A DNA stretch of 64,000 nucleotides from the human T2T-CHM13v2.0 reference genome, Homo sapiens. The notes under the pieces were generated by a model, which made no database searches, had not been told where the DNA came from, and worked only from the letters and a program-made list of their open reading frames with translations. This document shows positions 15,436 to 29,153 of this stretch, one piece after another; within the stretch, counting starts at the first letter, position 1, and the number at the start of each line of letters is the position of its first letter. The DNA lies in NCBI RefSeq assembly GCF_009914755.1, contig NC_060932.1. One strand, written 5' to 3'. Position numbers and translations under genes: made by a program.

Positions 15436-15638
15436 GGTTAAGGGTTCTCGACTTAGCTGTGCTTCAGATTTTGAGGGAGCTTCTTAAAAATGCATATTTA
15501 TAGGCCTCTATATGAATCTGATTCAGATTCAGAATTGAACTCTATCTCCTCAGTTATAAATATTATTTTCAATAAGCTACAGAAGCAATGCTTATGGAGC
15601 CAGCTTCATCCCCTTGAGACTTCTGATAACCACTGCTC
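15436..15638. mobile_element. MER5-like hAT-Charlie MITE (degenerate)
   Basis: ggttctcgacttagctg...gggagcttcttaaaaatgca...gataaccactg, a degenerate TIR pair. Confidence 0.45.
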
Positions 15639-17543
15639 TATTAAATATAGGCATCTCACCTGCCTATCATTGATTAAAGTATGGTATTTTCAAAACTACA
15701 GTTGAGTTCATGAGGGGCCAAGTAACATAAACGGGATCTTTAAAAACTAAATGACAAAGGCAGAAGCACCACTCTAGCCTCTAAAATTAGCAATCTGTTG
15801 CTCAAGTCTTCAATTACAGTATGTTTTAAGAGGTCAGCCTGCCCCCCACCACCATAAAACTGAGTTAACAGCTAAGTCTCATAAAAAAGTAATCACTTCT
15901 TGGCATTAAATCAATAGACTATTCCTCACAATGAATGCTTTTAAATATTATCACTAATTTAAACTTGGAGTCTGATTCTAAATTTAGATCCAAGTGCTAC
16001 CTACTGGCAAATGAAATATCCTCTGGTACTCCTTTTGAAGTCAATTTCCCCAAAGTGTGTTCTACAGAACTTAATCTTGTGGCATTAGTCATTTGGAAAA
16101 TATTACCTCATTTGGTCTCTAGATAATTTACAGGGATTTGAGCTATTCCTAGAAATTGACAAGAAAGTGTGGAAAATTGTGTATGATTTGAGTATAAATA
16201 GCAGTCTTGTCTTCCTCATGGGTAAAGTAGATACATTTCGGTGTGTAGATTTCATCACTTCTATTTTTGAATGCTCATAGGACTTATTTTTTTTTATTTC
16301 TGCATCTAGACTGCTCTCCAGAATGTTGAGATTGCCCGAGAAGTGACCCCAGCAAAAGAAAAATATTGCTGTACCTAAATTCAAGTAAGACCATTACTTT
16401 GCAATAACGTATCATGTGTAAATTAGTGGAAAAAATCAACTGTATTAGTCTACACTTCTAAGACACAATTGTTTTCTTTGATATTAATCTTTTTGAAGCC
16501 TCTTTCTCTGTTCTTGAAAAATGACAAAAAAAAAAAAAAAACCTCTTGTTATGGAAGCAGTAGAAATATTCAGAACGTATCTCCATGTTTAGTTGTAGTT
16601 ACACAGCATTTTGATGTGTCTTTCCACAATGTTTATTTAAACAGCTATGTTGAATTTGTGTTGTTTCTTTAATAAGCACTATTTATAGGAATGAGAAAAA
16701 TCATTTAGTTTTTCAAAAACACCCTTTATTAGGTGAGGGATCTGTGCGTTTCAGTGAGCTGCGATTTTCTGAGAAGGGCAGACACTCAACAATGGGGAGT
16801 GGGTTGCGATGCTTGGCAGGGTGACTATAAACTGTCATGTTCTCTTTTGTTTGTTCAGAGGAAGGAGTGAATGAGGTGAAATTAGTACAATGAATCAAAT
16901 TCCTTCAGGAAGGGAGTGTGAGTCAGCATGGGTGATGCAGGTGGATCAATGACCTTGTAGTAGAATAAGTGTTACTTTAGGAAGGAATCATACACTATTT
17001 GTTGGAAGGAGGTGAACGTGGCTAGAAAAGGTTAGGATTGAAGTCACTAAATCTATTTTTATAATAAGCTGTCACAGTATTTTTGATAGCTTATGTCCTT
17101 ACAGTCCAAGGACTTGTAGTATGGCTTTAGTAAGATTCATCAAACTCACTGATATATGTTGGGTTTCAATGAGTGCCAGTACTGAAAAGTATACTGTGTG
17201 CATATTTATGTACTCAATTATACTTAAATGTAGTGTAGAAGTGGCAAGAATCTTTGAGTGTATCATGTGTTATAAAAACCATGAAACTTTATAACTTTAT
17301 GTAGCCATGCAGATTGCCTATTAAAGAGATTTCTAGGCTGGGTTTTCAAGGACTATGGCAAGTTCTGAGGCACTGAGGATTAAGCAATTAGGCCTCAAAG
17401 TTGTCCTGTTTGCTACCTATTCTGTTAGACATGGAAGCCACATTGTGCTGTTTCTTGTCATGGATGGGTTGCTAATAGATTGATTTCCCTCACCCAATCT
17501 GATCCTTAAATTATTCAGGTAGATTTTTTAAACAATTATCTTT

Positions 17544-18184
17544 TTAAAAAATTTTACTTTAAGTTCTGGGATACATGTGCAGAACATGCAGGTTTGTTAC
17601 ATAGGTATACATGTGCCATGGTGGTTTGTTGCACCTATCAACCCATCATCTAGGTTTTAAGCCCTGCATGCAGTAGGTATTTGTCCTAATGCTCTCCGTC
17701 CCCTTGGCCCCAACTCCCAACAGGCCCTGGTGTGTGATGTTCCCCTCCCTGTGTCCATGTGTTCTTGTTATTGAGCTCCCACTTACACATGAGAACATGC
17801 GGTGTTTGGTTTTCTGTTCTTGTGTTAGAGTGTTGCGAATGATGGCTTCCAGCTTCATCCACGTCCCTGCAAAGGACATGAACTCATTCTTTTTTATGCC
17901 TGCATAGTATTCCATGATGTACATGTACCACATTTTCTTTATGCAGTCTACCACTGATGGATATTTGGGTTGGTTCCAAGTCTTTGCTATTGTGAATAGT
18001 GCTGCAGTAGACATACGTGGGCATGTGTCTTTATAGCAGAATGATTCCTAATCCTTTGGGTATATACCCAGTAATGGGATTGCTGGGTCAAATGGTATTT
18101 CTGGTTCTAGATCCTTGAGGAATCACCACACTGTTTTCCACAATGGTTGAACTAATTTACACTTCCACCAACAGTGTAAAAGCG
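17544..18184 (-). mobile_element. 5'-truncated L1PA8-like
   Basis: Antisense 3'UTR with catctaggttttaagccc. TSD ttaaacaattatcttt (17528-17543) / ttaaacagttaccttt (18185-18200). Confidence 0.92.
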
Positions 18185-18309
18185 TTAAACAGTTACCTTT
18201 AAATTAAACAGTGTATTTTCATCATTCATGTAAACTCAGAAATTTCCAAAGCACATTTTCCCCAAAGCAAAAATAACCCTTTCTAATGCATTATAAATGC
18301 CATTATATA

Positions 18310-19162
18310 GCCAATGTTTTCAAGTTATTTTTCATTGCTAGACCTTTTTTCATAGTTAAATATGTACTTCAAATAAAGTCTCATAGGGGAGTCCAACAGA
18401 TAAAAGAGGAAAAAAGAAGCATTTTTTAAATTTTTTTATTTTTAAACTTTAAGTTTTAGGGTACATGTGCACAACGTGCAGGTTTGTTACATATGTATAC
18501 ATGTGCCATGTTGGTGTGCTGCACCCATTAACTCATCATTTAGCATTAGGTATATCTCGTAATGTTATCCCTCCCCCCTCCCCCCACCCCACAACAGTCC
18601 CCGGTGTGTGATGTTCCCCTTCCTGTGTCCATGTGTTCTCATTGTTCAGTTTCCACCTATGAGTGAGAACATGCGGTGTTTGGTTTTTTTGTCCTTGCGA
18701 TAGTTTGCTGAGAATGATGGTTTCCATCTTCATCCATGTCCCTACAAAGGACATGAACTCATCATTTTTTATGGCTGCATAGTATTCCATGGTGTATATT
18801 TGCCACATTTTCTTAATCCAGTCTATCATTGTTGGACATTTGGGTTGGTTCCAAGTCGTTGCTATCGTGAATAGTGCCGCAATAAACATACGTGTGCATG
18901 TGTCTTTATAGCAGCATGATTTATAGTCCTTTGGGTATATACCCAGTAATGGGATGGCTGGGTCAAATGGTATTTCTAGTTCTAGATCCCTGAGGAATCG
19001 CCACACCGAAGCAGCAGCGAGTGATCTAGAACTTGGCTGCTCTGTCACTGCCTTCATTTCTTCTAAATCCATTCCCATTCCCCAAACCTCCAGACTAAAT
19101 GGATATTCATATTTCTCCTGTGATTCCTTGGTTTCTCAATCCTTAATTTGGAAGCACTTGTG
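18310..19162. mobile_element. Possible old hAT-Charlie MITE (Charlie4z/MER102-like) split by the L1 at 18422-19007
   Basis: caatgttttcaag...aaataaagtctcatagggg...aacagataaaag on the left and tttggaagcacttg on the right. Recalled consensus only. Confidence 0.35.
18422..19007 (-). mobile_element. 5'-truncated L1PA4-like
   Basis: Antisense 3'UTR (ttaagttttagggtacatgtgcacaacgtgcaggtttg) and ORF2 end. Candidate 6-bp TSD gaagca (18416-18421 / 19008-19013). Confidence 0.93.
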
Positions 19163-21449
19163 GAAGAATCAATTGAAGGGGACAGAGAGCAAAGGATGGA
19201 AGCTGAAACTTCCAGAATTATTCTGGGCTAGCCATCAGTGGCCAAGCTGTTGCTGTGTAAGAGGGGGTCATTTATTCCCTTCTTAGAATTTCCCAGTGTC
19301 AGGGGCTGCTCTGCATGCTTTCACACTACCATTGTGCAAAGGTTTCAAAGTATCATGCACAGTAAATCCTGACTAAAGCCCAATAAGAGTACAGGTTATA
19401 CATGAAGAAATGGAGAAAGGCAGTTGTAAGGAAAATAATGGAAATTCACTTGAGGGCGGCTATTCTCATCCTCAAGCCACCTTCTTCTGACAATCCTGAA
19501 AAGTAGTTAATATTTTGTTATTTTTTTAAAAATATGGCTGGATGCATTTCAAGCCGTCCTCTTTCTTAAATATATCTCTTTGCCTCTTCATGTTTAATTC
19601 ATGCTCATATTTGCCCACATTTAAAGCTAGGCTGGCTTCACATTGGAATTGAAAATAGCCCTAGGAGCATGAGGAACCCTGAGAGCCTGGGTGTCCTCAG
19701 CTGTCACAACTGGGTACCTGCCCCTTTGTGTTTGCTGCCCTCTCTGCCTGGCTAGAGGCGGCCCCAGGCTTCCTGGGCATTTTTAAATTACTGAAACAAG
19801 AGTAGTATAATAAAACACTTAGCATTTCAATACATAGTTTTTTTTTGCTATTGCTGCTTTTGTGTGTTTTGGGGATGTCTGAGGCCTCTGCCCTTGACTG
19901 TAATTGGTCCTTCTGCTGTGGCCTGCCCCTCTCTGTGTCACAAGTTGCAGCTGCTGACAGGACGCAACTTCTATTGCCCCATGTGCCACCAGAATCATTG
20001 TTCAAGCTCCCAGTACTCTCAGACAGATTTGTGATTGAAGAATCATTGGCTTCACTTGGAAATCATCTCTATTTCTAGTGTTGTCTGTCACAGATAAAAT
20101 GACAAATTGATCAAATGCAAGCAAGCTTAGCATTCAGCCCAGTACTGACTTCATATCCTGGGCAACTTTCTGAATTCATTCTGACTGGGACCCACTGCCT
20201 ATTTCTCTTGTTTCCTGGATCTGACTGCAAAAGCTTCATGTAGGGAAGGCAGGTAAAGTCCTCAGCTAGGGCACTAATAGCAGTGAGGTTCCCCTAGACT
20301 GGAAAAAAAAGAGTGACTTGCATTTGTTTGCTTGTTTTATGTTTCCAGGAAAGTTATATGACAGGGAAGAAACGGTAGTTTCTCCTTGTGATCTCAGGAT
20401 TAACTGGTGTACCACAATGTATAAGGTCCAAATGAACATTTCAGAAAAATTGATCAACTGAAGGGAACATTTCTGTAGCTCCATTTTGTTCATTTCAAAG
20501 ACTCTCTTAGTTGAGAAAAGTCTAGCTACACTTAAAAATAGTCCCTTTTATTGTTCGTATTGTCTACCCTAGTAGGTATGAAGGGACTTCTGGAAGTTCT
20601 CAAGTTCTTGGTATTGCTTTCCCTCATGGGCAGATTAATCTAGGCTGCTTCAGTCTTGGTGATTCCATCTCCCCCTGTTCAGTCAAGAGAAGGTGGGACT
20701 GTGCCGTGCAGGTAAAGGCCATTGGCAGCCTCTCAGGACTAAAAGTGTGGGCCTGTATTTGTGTTTGTCTGTGAAGTAGAGTCACAAGAAAATCTTTACG
20801 TCACCATCAGACAACTTTGGTAATACAGGGAAAAGCAAAAAAGTCTCAAAAATTATTCTCATAAATCTTGTTGTGTTAAATGCTGCTTATAGTATCAAAG
20901 CTGCAGAACAGAATTACAGAAACTCTGGAGCATGGCAGCTGAAATGGTGGAGAGAGGTAGTGTCTCCCTGAGAGTGTGGGGCCCTCTTGTTCATATGACT
21001 TTCCACATCTGCTCAGTCCTGCCTTCTTTCCAAATTTCAGGTGTCTTCCTTGCCTTCAGGCTGGATTACTCCTAGTGATGGCTCTCACTACCCCATGGTT
21101 ATCTTGTGTCAGCTGCAGTCAGTGCCTCATTCCCGAACATCCCTGCTTGCCTCCCTCTGTCCTGGATGCAAAAGCCAATCTTCACTTCAACCTCAACTAT
21201 TCCCACGGAGGAGGAGTTACAGCTGTACAGTGTCTGCTCCAACCCGTGGGACACACAGAGACCCTGGTTTGCTCAGAGAGGCTGGTTACAGCCAGCAAAA
21301 AGCACAGAGGCAAATGTTAAGAGGCAAACGTTGACAAGTGAAACAGGAGTGGGCTGGCTTCATGGAAACAAAGACTTACTTAGCCTTATAAGGCCCCTGC
21401 ATACACAGCCCCACACTTAATTGAACGCTTTGACCTCTTTAACACTTGT

Positions 21450-21990
21450 TTAATTTGCCTACATTCAAATGAGTGCTTTGTGTTGCAGTGTTCTATGGGT
21501 CTGACAAATGCATATCATGGAACCATCATTACAGTGTCATGCAGAGGAGTTTCACTACCCAAAAATATCCCCTACGCTTCTCTTATTTAACTCTCCTCAT
21601 TCCTGAACCCCTGGAAACCAATGATCTTTTCACTGTCTCTACCGTTTTGCATTTTCTCAATTGTCACATAATTGGAATCCTACAGTAGATAGCCTTTCAG
21701 AATGGCTTCCTTCACTTAACAAAATGCATTTTAGATTCATCTATGTCTCTTGGAGGTTTGATAGCTGATTTTTTTCCTAAAAATATGGCATTCTGTGGTA
21801 TACTCCGATTTATTTATTCATTCGTCTTCTGAAGGCAGTTACAAATACAGCTGCAATAAAAATATTCAGACCTTACATAAGCTTTCAAATCCATTGGTAA
21901 TGCTTAGTAGCATAACTGCTGCATCAAGTGGTAAGCTCTGTAGGGAATTGCAAAGCTGTTTTCCAATGTGGCAAAACCATTTGGCATTCT
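21450..21990 (-). mobile_element. L1MC-like fragment
   Basis: ttctatgggtctgacaaatgcat, cccctggaaaccaatgatcttttcactgtctct, ttggaatcctacagtagatagccttt. Confidence 0.7.
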
Positions 21991-22004
21991 CTTTTTTGCC
22001 ACTG

Positions 22005-22144
22005 CTGTCTTCTCCTTCCTCTACCTCTCCCTCTTTCCATTCCTCTTTTTCTTCTTCTGGTCTCTTCCTCCTCTCTTTTTTTTTTTTCTGTCACTTTCTG
22101 TCTCTCTCTTCACACACGTGCGCGCGCACACACACACACACACA
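22005..22144. repeat. Polypyrimidine tract followed by a (CA)/(CG) alternating repeat
   Basis: CT-rich about 22005-22110, then cacacacgtgcgcgcgcacacacacacacacaca at 22111-22144. Confidence 0.85.
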
Positions 22145-22540
22145 GGGATAGTTTAGGAAATTGTTGGAGGTTATCTAACATGTTAGTTTTGAAATTAACA
22201 AGTTGGGAAAGGCCATTATAGACAATACTAATTAATACAAATGAATTATAAAGAGAAGATACAATATGAAGCCTCTTCCTCAGGTCCCAGTATTAGTCAA
22301 TATCTTCCTCTATTTATCTGCAAAATCAAACCTATAGTTGTCCATTTCTTTCTTCTTGAACTTCCAGGTGTCCATGAATTCTATAACCATCAGCTCTATC
22401 AGCCTTCTTATGCATGTTCTGTTCGTTATTTTTGTTCTTTATCATATCGAGATATATATTTGCCTCATCCTATAATCTCACCTTTCTCCCTGATGTTATC
22501 TCTGTGTGACACTCTGCCAAAAAGACACACTTTCCCTTAC

Positions 22541-23155
22541 TAAAACGTTTCCTATTTTGATGTAGTCATGCTTGCTTATTTTTACTTTTGCTGCCTGAGC
22601 TTTCAATGTCATATTCAAAATAATTATTGCTAAGACCAATATCAAGAAGGTTTTCCCCATGTTTTCTTCTACAAATTTTACTGCTTCAGATCTCATATTG
22701 AAATCATCAATTTATTTTGAGTTGATTTTTGTGTGTTGTATAAGAGTCCAGTTTCACTCTTTTGAGTACTGATTCCCAGTTATCCTAATGTCATTGTGTC
22801 TTCTTTGTGGCCTTCCCAAAATTAGTTGACCATGTATGCTTGGGTTGATTTTTGGGCTCTCTACTCTGTTCCATTGGTCTATGTATCTGTTTTTATGCCA
22901 GTACCATATTGTTCTTACTACTGTAGCTTTGTCATGTAATTTGAAATCAGGAAATATGATACCCCAAACTCTGTTTTCAGCTTTCAAGATCTCATTGGTT
23001 ATTTGAGTCTTTCAGGGTCCCATATAACTTTAGAATGTTTTTCTGTTCCTGTGAAAATGCCATTGAAATTTTGACTGAGATTGCATTCAATCTGTATATG
23101 GCTTTAGGCAGTATTTGACATTTTAAAAATATTAAAACTTTCAAGCCATAAACAT
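22541..23155 (-). mobile_element. L1MA8/9-like ORF2 fragment, the inverted 5' arm of the element at 23156-24170
   Basis: Minus-strand ORF2 peptides [32 protein letters not shown] and LPKAIYRLNAI. Confidence 0.85.
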
Positions 23156-24290
23156 TAGTTATTAAACTAAAAAACATTTGCATGGAAAAGGAAATAATCA
23201 ACACAATAAAAAGGTAATCTATGGACTGGGAGAGAATATTTGCAAGCTATACATCTGATAAGAAATTAATACTCAAAATACATAAGCAGTTCCCACAACT
23301 TGAAAGGAAAAAAGTAATCTAATTAAAAAAGGGCAAAATATATGAATAGACGTTTTTCGAAGAAAGACATACAAATAGCCAAACATATGCAAAGGCATTC
23401 AACATCACTAATTATCAGGAAAATGCAAATCAAAATCACAGTAAGATATCACTTTACATCTGTTAAGATGGCTATAATAAAAATGACAAGAGATAAGAGG
23501 TGTCAGCAAGGGTGTGGAGGGAAGGAAACCCTTGTGCACTGCTGCTGAGAATGTAAATTGGAACAGCTATTGTGAAAAACTGCATGGAGTTTTCTCAAAA
23601 AATTAAAAACAGAACTACTGTATGATCCAGCTATCCTACTGCTGGTTATATACCCAAAGAAGGTGAAATCAGCATCTGGTAGAAATATCTGCATTTGTCT
23701 TTTCTTTGTAGCATTATTCACAATAGCCAAGATATTAAAACAACCCTAACTGTTCATAGATGGATGAATGGATAAATAAATTATGGTACATGTACATAAT
23801 ATAATACTATTCAGTCTTAAAAAAGGACATGCTGACATTTGCAACAACATTGTTGAGCCTGGAGGATATTACACTAAGTGAAATAAGCCATAAATAGTAA
23901 GACAGATACTGTATTATTTCACTTATATGTGGAATCTTAAGTCAAATACACACAAACACAGAGTGCAATGGTAGTTACTTGGGAGGAGAGGGTGTGGAAA
24001 TAAAGAGATGGGAATCAAAGAGTACAAACTTGAAGTTATATAGGATGAATTAGTCTAGAGATCTATGGTACAGCATGAGGACTCTAGTTCATAATACTGT
24101 TCTGTATACTGGAAATTTCTGAAGAGAGTAGACTTTAGGTGTGCTTACCATACATACAAAAAAGAAAGTAATAAAACGTCTTGAAACTAGATAGAAGTAA
24201 TATTTGCACAATGTTGTGAATTTACTAAATGCCACTGAGCTATATACTTTAATCAATTTTATTCTATGTGAATTTTACCTCAATGAAAAG
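23156..24290 (+). mobile_element. L1MA8/9-like 3' part ending in an L1MB-like terminus (about 24168-24290)
   Basis: ORF2 MNRRFSKKDIQIA...MQIKITVRYH and L1MA 3'UTR (tagtctagagatctatggtacagcatgaggact). Then ttgaaactagatag...tgtgaattttacctcaat. Confidence 0.85.
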
Positions 24291-24463
24291 AAATGCAAGA
24301 GAAAATGGGAGAAAACAGACTTCCTATTATACAAAACCCAAACATAAATCCCACCACCTTCAACACATTTTTTTTAGGTGGCCCATCCTAATTATTCCTT
24401 TTCTATCTTTCTATATAATAGCATTTTAGATTAATTTTGCTTGCGTTTCCCACCAGATTGTGA

Positions 24464-24784
<321 letters not shown>

Positions 24785-26479
24785 TGAAGAGAAGTCTTGC
24801 ATTACTCCATTGCCAAGAGTACTTCTCCCTCCTAGTCACTTCACACAGCCCTGTCTGAACTGTGCTCTCCAGGCCAGCATTGTTGGTGGTGATTGCTCTG
24901 GACCTCACTTTTAGTTAACTTAATCTGACTCATGTCCTATGCTTTTACACATGCCCCATCCTTAAAACTCATTTCTTTGTACCTTGTGTGTCTCAGATCC
25001 TGCATCTGGATATTTGGACTTGATCTTTGTTTTTATTTTCCTAATGGAGTTTATCATAAACTTGACTGTAGTTTTATTAATTGCTTTAATATAATTTCAG
25101 CCTTCTTGCCTTTCCAAAAACTTATTCTCCAAAAACAACCATTTGGTTAGCACGTGCATCAGTCCTACCTCCATGAATAGGTGGGGAAGGGCAGTCAGCA
25201 GAGTTTTTCAGGTGCTATTTCTGGGCTATACATTCTCATTTTATAAATTTAATTGGGTTTAACTGGTACTTACAATATTTATGTTTTCAACAAGTTATTT
25301 TGAGTATTTAAGGAAGAAAATAACACTAGTATAATGTATACTGTGATAATATTTAAGGGATTTCATTTTTATTTTTAACTGTGTAATTGCTAGTATGCAT
25401 AGAAAAATGATGAGAAAATGAAGCAAAATTTAATCTGTTAACATTTCTCAGTGATGGATAGTAACATGTACAAAGTTATATGCTTTTGAAATGTGATATT
25501 ATCTTTTATTCTTTAAAAAGTTCAATTTGGGCTTTGCTGCATATTATTTCTTAATATGTAGAAAAAATAAGAAGGAAAGCTATTGATTTTCCTCCAGTAT
25601 GAAAGAAAATCAATAGTGCAAGAAGGGCCAATTGACCAAGCAAAGAAACAGTTCCCTTGAAATAAATGTTGTGACAGAATACAATAATTATTCTGCTATT
25701 TAAAAACCAAGCCAGATTTTCAAAATTATTCTACACTTCTTTGTTACAGTATATAATGTATGAACTCAATGGAGCAAGTGGTGATATCATATTAAGAATA
25801 TAATATTATTTTCTAAAGCAAGATCAATACGAAGATCTATTTTAGAAGAGTGTCATTTGCAGCATGAGCACCCCAGTCTAAATGCCTAAGGGTTGAAGAG
25901 GCAAAGAATAACACATATATAATAATAACACCAGTCAAGTTTATGCCTTTTTAAAAATGAGAATGCACCATTCAGCTTTGATATAGATATGGTGGGTTCT
26001 TTTATTGCCGATTGCCCTTCTCCAAAGTTAGGTGGTGAGATAATGGCAGATCAACAACTGTCTCTTCAGGTTTTTGTCAACTAATCCAAATATTTTTATG
26101 ACATGACATTAAACCATTTTTATATTGCAGGGTATAAACACTATAAGAAATAAATCTTTAGTTGAGTAACATGTAATTAATAAGCTGAAAGAGATAAATA
26201 GGTACAAGATGCATGTTACTAAATAAAATATATTTTATGTTTATGAGTACAGATATCCTAATATATTAGTTATAAAAGTAGCCCTATTTGCAACAGGAAG
26301 CATTTTTTCAAGAAAAAAATGTGATTTGGCACGTGCGTGTCTGTGTGTGTGCGTGTGTGTGTACACCAGACATCTCTTAAAAGCTACTTCAGATTCTCTT
26401 AATTTCATCTTTTTTGGTCACTTCTTCCAGCTTCAGCCACTACTGCAGTGGTCAAGTTTCTGGAGTTTGAAAAAAATTT

Positions 26480-26830
26480 ATGCAAGCACAAGTGACCAGC
26501 TCTTCATCTTAAACCTGCATCCCATATCACTCCTCTTTTTTCTTCTGCCTGGAAATTTTCTATTGAGATGAGGCACAAACAAATGCTATGGAATTAATTG
26601 TCCATGAGGCAAATCTCTGACAACCTGGAGACTAGAGCCAATAAATATATTATTCTCCCCTTTATCCTCAGAGACACCATCCCAAGATGATGTCACTGAT
26701 GCCGCATACCAAATGGTGGCCAACTTTACATTACATCCTCTCACGGTTTGCCCCAACTGACTGTAACGCCTAATCTGACCCATTCTGTTACCTTGCTCCT
26801 CCTTGCTTTTCCTGATCTCCACTCTCTTAT
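26480..26830 (+). mobile_element. Old ERVL LTR (LTR16-like)
   Basis: ggcaaatctctgacaac, ttctcccctttatcctc, ggtggccaact resemble the LTR16 family. Boundaries and strand uncertain. Confidence 0.35.
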
Positions 26831-27199
26831 AAACCACTACTCCTTTGCTAGGCATTTCATCAGAATGCATTGCTTATTTTCATACTGATGACATCAACCT
26901 GGTCACTCCTGCTCATTTACTCAAGGTTTTAGTGTTTGACTAACAGTGTTCCTCTGCGCTATTTCTGTAAGTCTTACGCTTCCGCATTCACACAGAAGAT
27001 TAATTCCACACCCTGGCTTTCAGTGCTATGCTGCTTCCCTCTCAGCTATTTGTGCATTTGTCTGCAGGTGCCCATTCCCTAAACTGTATGATTGCCTGTG
27101 ACTGTACCGTCTCCAGAGTCTCCGTTTTATAACTCTATATCCCATTTTTTCAGCCCACTTACCTTAGTTATCCTATTCCAGACTAAGCTGAAGACTTCC

Positions 27200-28390
27200 A
27201 GTCCTCAACCCTTTACCTTCAAGTGCCCATAGCACGTTATGGCTTCATTCCATCCTTATACAACTTATATTCCATAATACATCAGTATAATCACCATTTA
27301 CATACCTTCCCAGCGTTTTTGCCTTTCTCTCCTTCCCACAGCACATCTGGAAAAATCTTAACCATAATTAAACTAAATTTCTATCTGCTTCCCCAAGTAG
27401 CAAAATATGACTCAAAGAAAACATACAACTATGCTGATGAGTTCGCCTTCAACTTGTGACCCCCAAACCTCAGCCCAGTCATGACTCTTACTTATGAGTC
27501 ATCATTTGTCTGAATTTGCTATTTATATCTATTTTCTCTCCAAACTTTCAGCAAATGTCTTTTATCGCTGTATTTAATAACCTTGCCTTAACTTTACTAC
27601 TATAGCAGCATTAATAAAAAAATTACTTATCTATTAAGAAAATCTACCAAACTAGCTGCATTTATTCCCGTATCCCTTCTTACTATGAAGGAAATGTATA
27701 TGCTCCCATCTTAGCCAAAAATCCTTCACTTTTACATTGGATTCCATTTTTTTTCCACCCGCTTAAGGTGCTTCTGAAATTGTATCTTACTTATTCAAGT
27801 ATCAACAGTTTGTCTCTCTCTGCTTCATTTGTCTATTTCCATTAGAATACAAATATGGTTACATCTTTTTTATTATTATTATTATTTTTTGAGATGGAGT
27901 CTTGCTCTGTCGCCCAGGCTGGACTTCAGTGGTGTGATCTCGGCTCACTGCAACCTCCGCTGCCCAGATTCAAGCAATTCTCCTGCCTCAGCCTCCTGAA
28001 TAGCTGGGATTACAGGTGCCCACCACCACGCCTGGCTAGTTTTTGTATTTTTAGTAGAGACAGGGTTTCACCATGTTGGTCAGGCTGGTCTCCAACTCCT
28101 GACCTCATGATCTGCCTCCCTTGGCCTCCCAAAGTGCTGGGATTACAGGTGTGAGCCACCGTGCCCGGCCTACATCTTAAAATTAAAAATAAAATTCCTC
28201 CTTTAACTCCACTTATTTTGGTAGCTTCAGCCTGAAATGTCTGTTTCCTGCAATCTCAATCTCTTTTAAATGGTTGTAATTATGGTATGTTTTCAAATCT
28301 TCACATTTTAGTCACCTTTGAAACTATTACAAATAGGTCTTAACTCAGCATTCCACTGAAACCATTCTTATCAAACGAGCCAAGGGAAAT
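27200..28390 (+). mobile_element. L2 ORF2 remnant interrupted by an Alu
   Basis: aagaaaacatacaactatgctgatg, aatccttcacttttacattggattccatt, ttccactgaaaccattcttatcaa. Confidence 0.6.
27868..28170 (-). mobile_element. AluS (Sg-like)
   Basis: (tta)n tail and antisense dimer with gacctcatgatc. Perfect TSD tacatctt (27860-27867 / 28171-28178). Confidence 0.95.
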
Positions 28391-28793
28391 TTAATATGTG
28401 TCCCAGTGAGTTTACCCCTGACTTGAAATATCTCCGTCATTCAGATTCCTTTTTAATGGTTAAACAATAGATATTAGTGCCCCAAATGTAAAAACATAAG
28501 GATTGGTATATTTTTGAGGAAAAAAAATTAAAATGTTCCTAGTTCAGTATTAAATATCCTTTTTGTGGTATTTAAGTATTATTGACTTTGTAAATGACAG
28601 TTATTTATTACTGTGAAGATTCTCAATATTTTTATAATATAAAATTATGATTGTTCTTTTTTAACAAAACAAAGAAAAATTTGAGATTCTTCTTATTCAA
28701 GGTTATACTTTCTGACATTGATTCCTCTGAAGATGACAAATGTCTTCACAAGGTAACAGTGTTTTATAATATGCTTAGAAAATAGAATCAGGT

Positions 28794-29153
28794 TCATATG
28801 GTTTGCATCTATGTCCCCACCCAAATCTCACATTGAATTGTAGTAATCCCCACATGTCAAGGGCAGGACCAGGTGAAGATAATTGAATCAAAGGGGCAGT
28901 TTCCCCATTCTGCTCTCATGATAATGACTGAGTCTCTTGAGATCTGATGGTTTTATAAGCATATCACATAACCCCTGCTGGCACTCATTCTCTTTCCTGT
29001 TGCCCTGTGAAGAGGTGCCTTCTGCCATGACTGTAAGTTTCCTGAGGCTTCCGCAGCCATATGGAACTGTGAGTCGATTAAACCTTTTTCTTTATAAGGT
29101 ATCCAGTCTCAGGCAGTTATTTACAGCAGTGAGTGTGATAATGGACTAATATA
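28794..29153 (+). mobile_element. THE1 (THE1D-like) MaLR solo LTR
   Basis: atatggtttg..tgtccccacccaaatctca ... attaaacct ... ggactaatata. TSD caggt / catgt. Confidence 0.9.

Noticed and set aside
11094-18421. Fixed inversion between the two inverted L1s
   Set aside because: Swapping the flanks does not restore TSDs, and the PA4 copy has a plausible TSD of its own within apparently continuous flanks.
18536-19078. 180-aa ORF with a unique N-terminus
   Set aside because: Chance read-in from the flank to an L1 ORF2 end with a frameshift into the 3'UTR.
20976-22221. Cluster of overlapping 60-118 aa ORFs
   Set aside because: Open in several frames, low-complexity or L1-antisense derived, with no homology I recognise.
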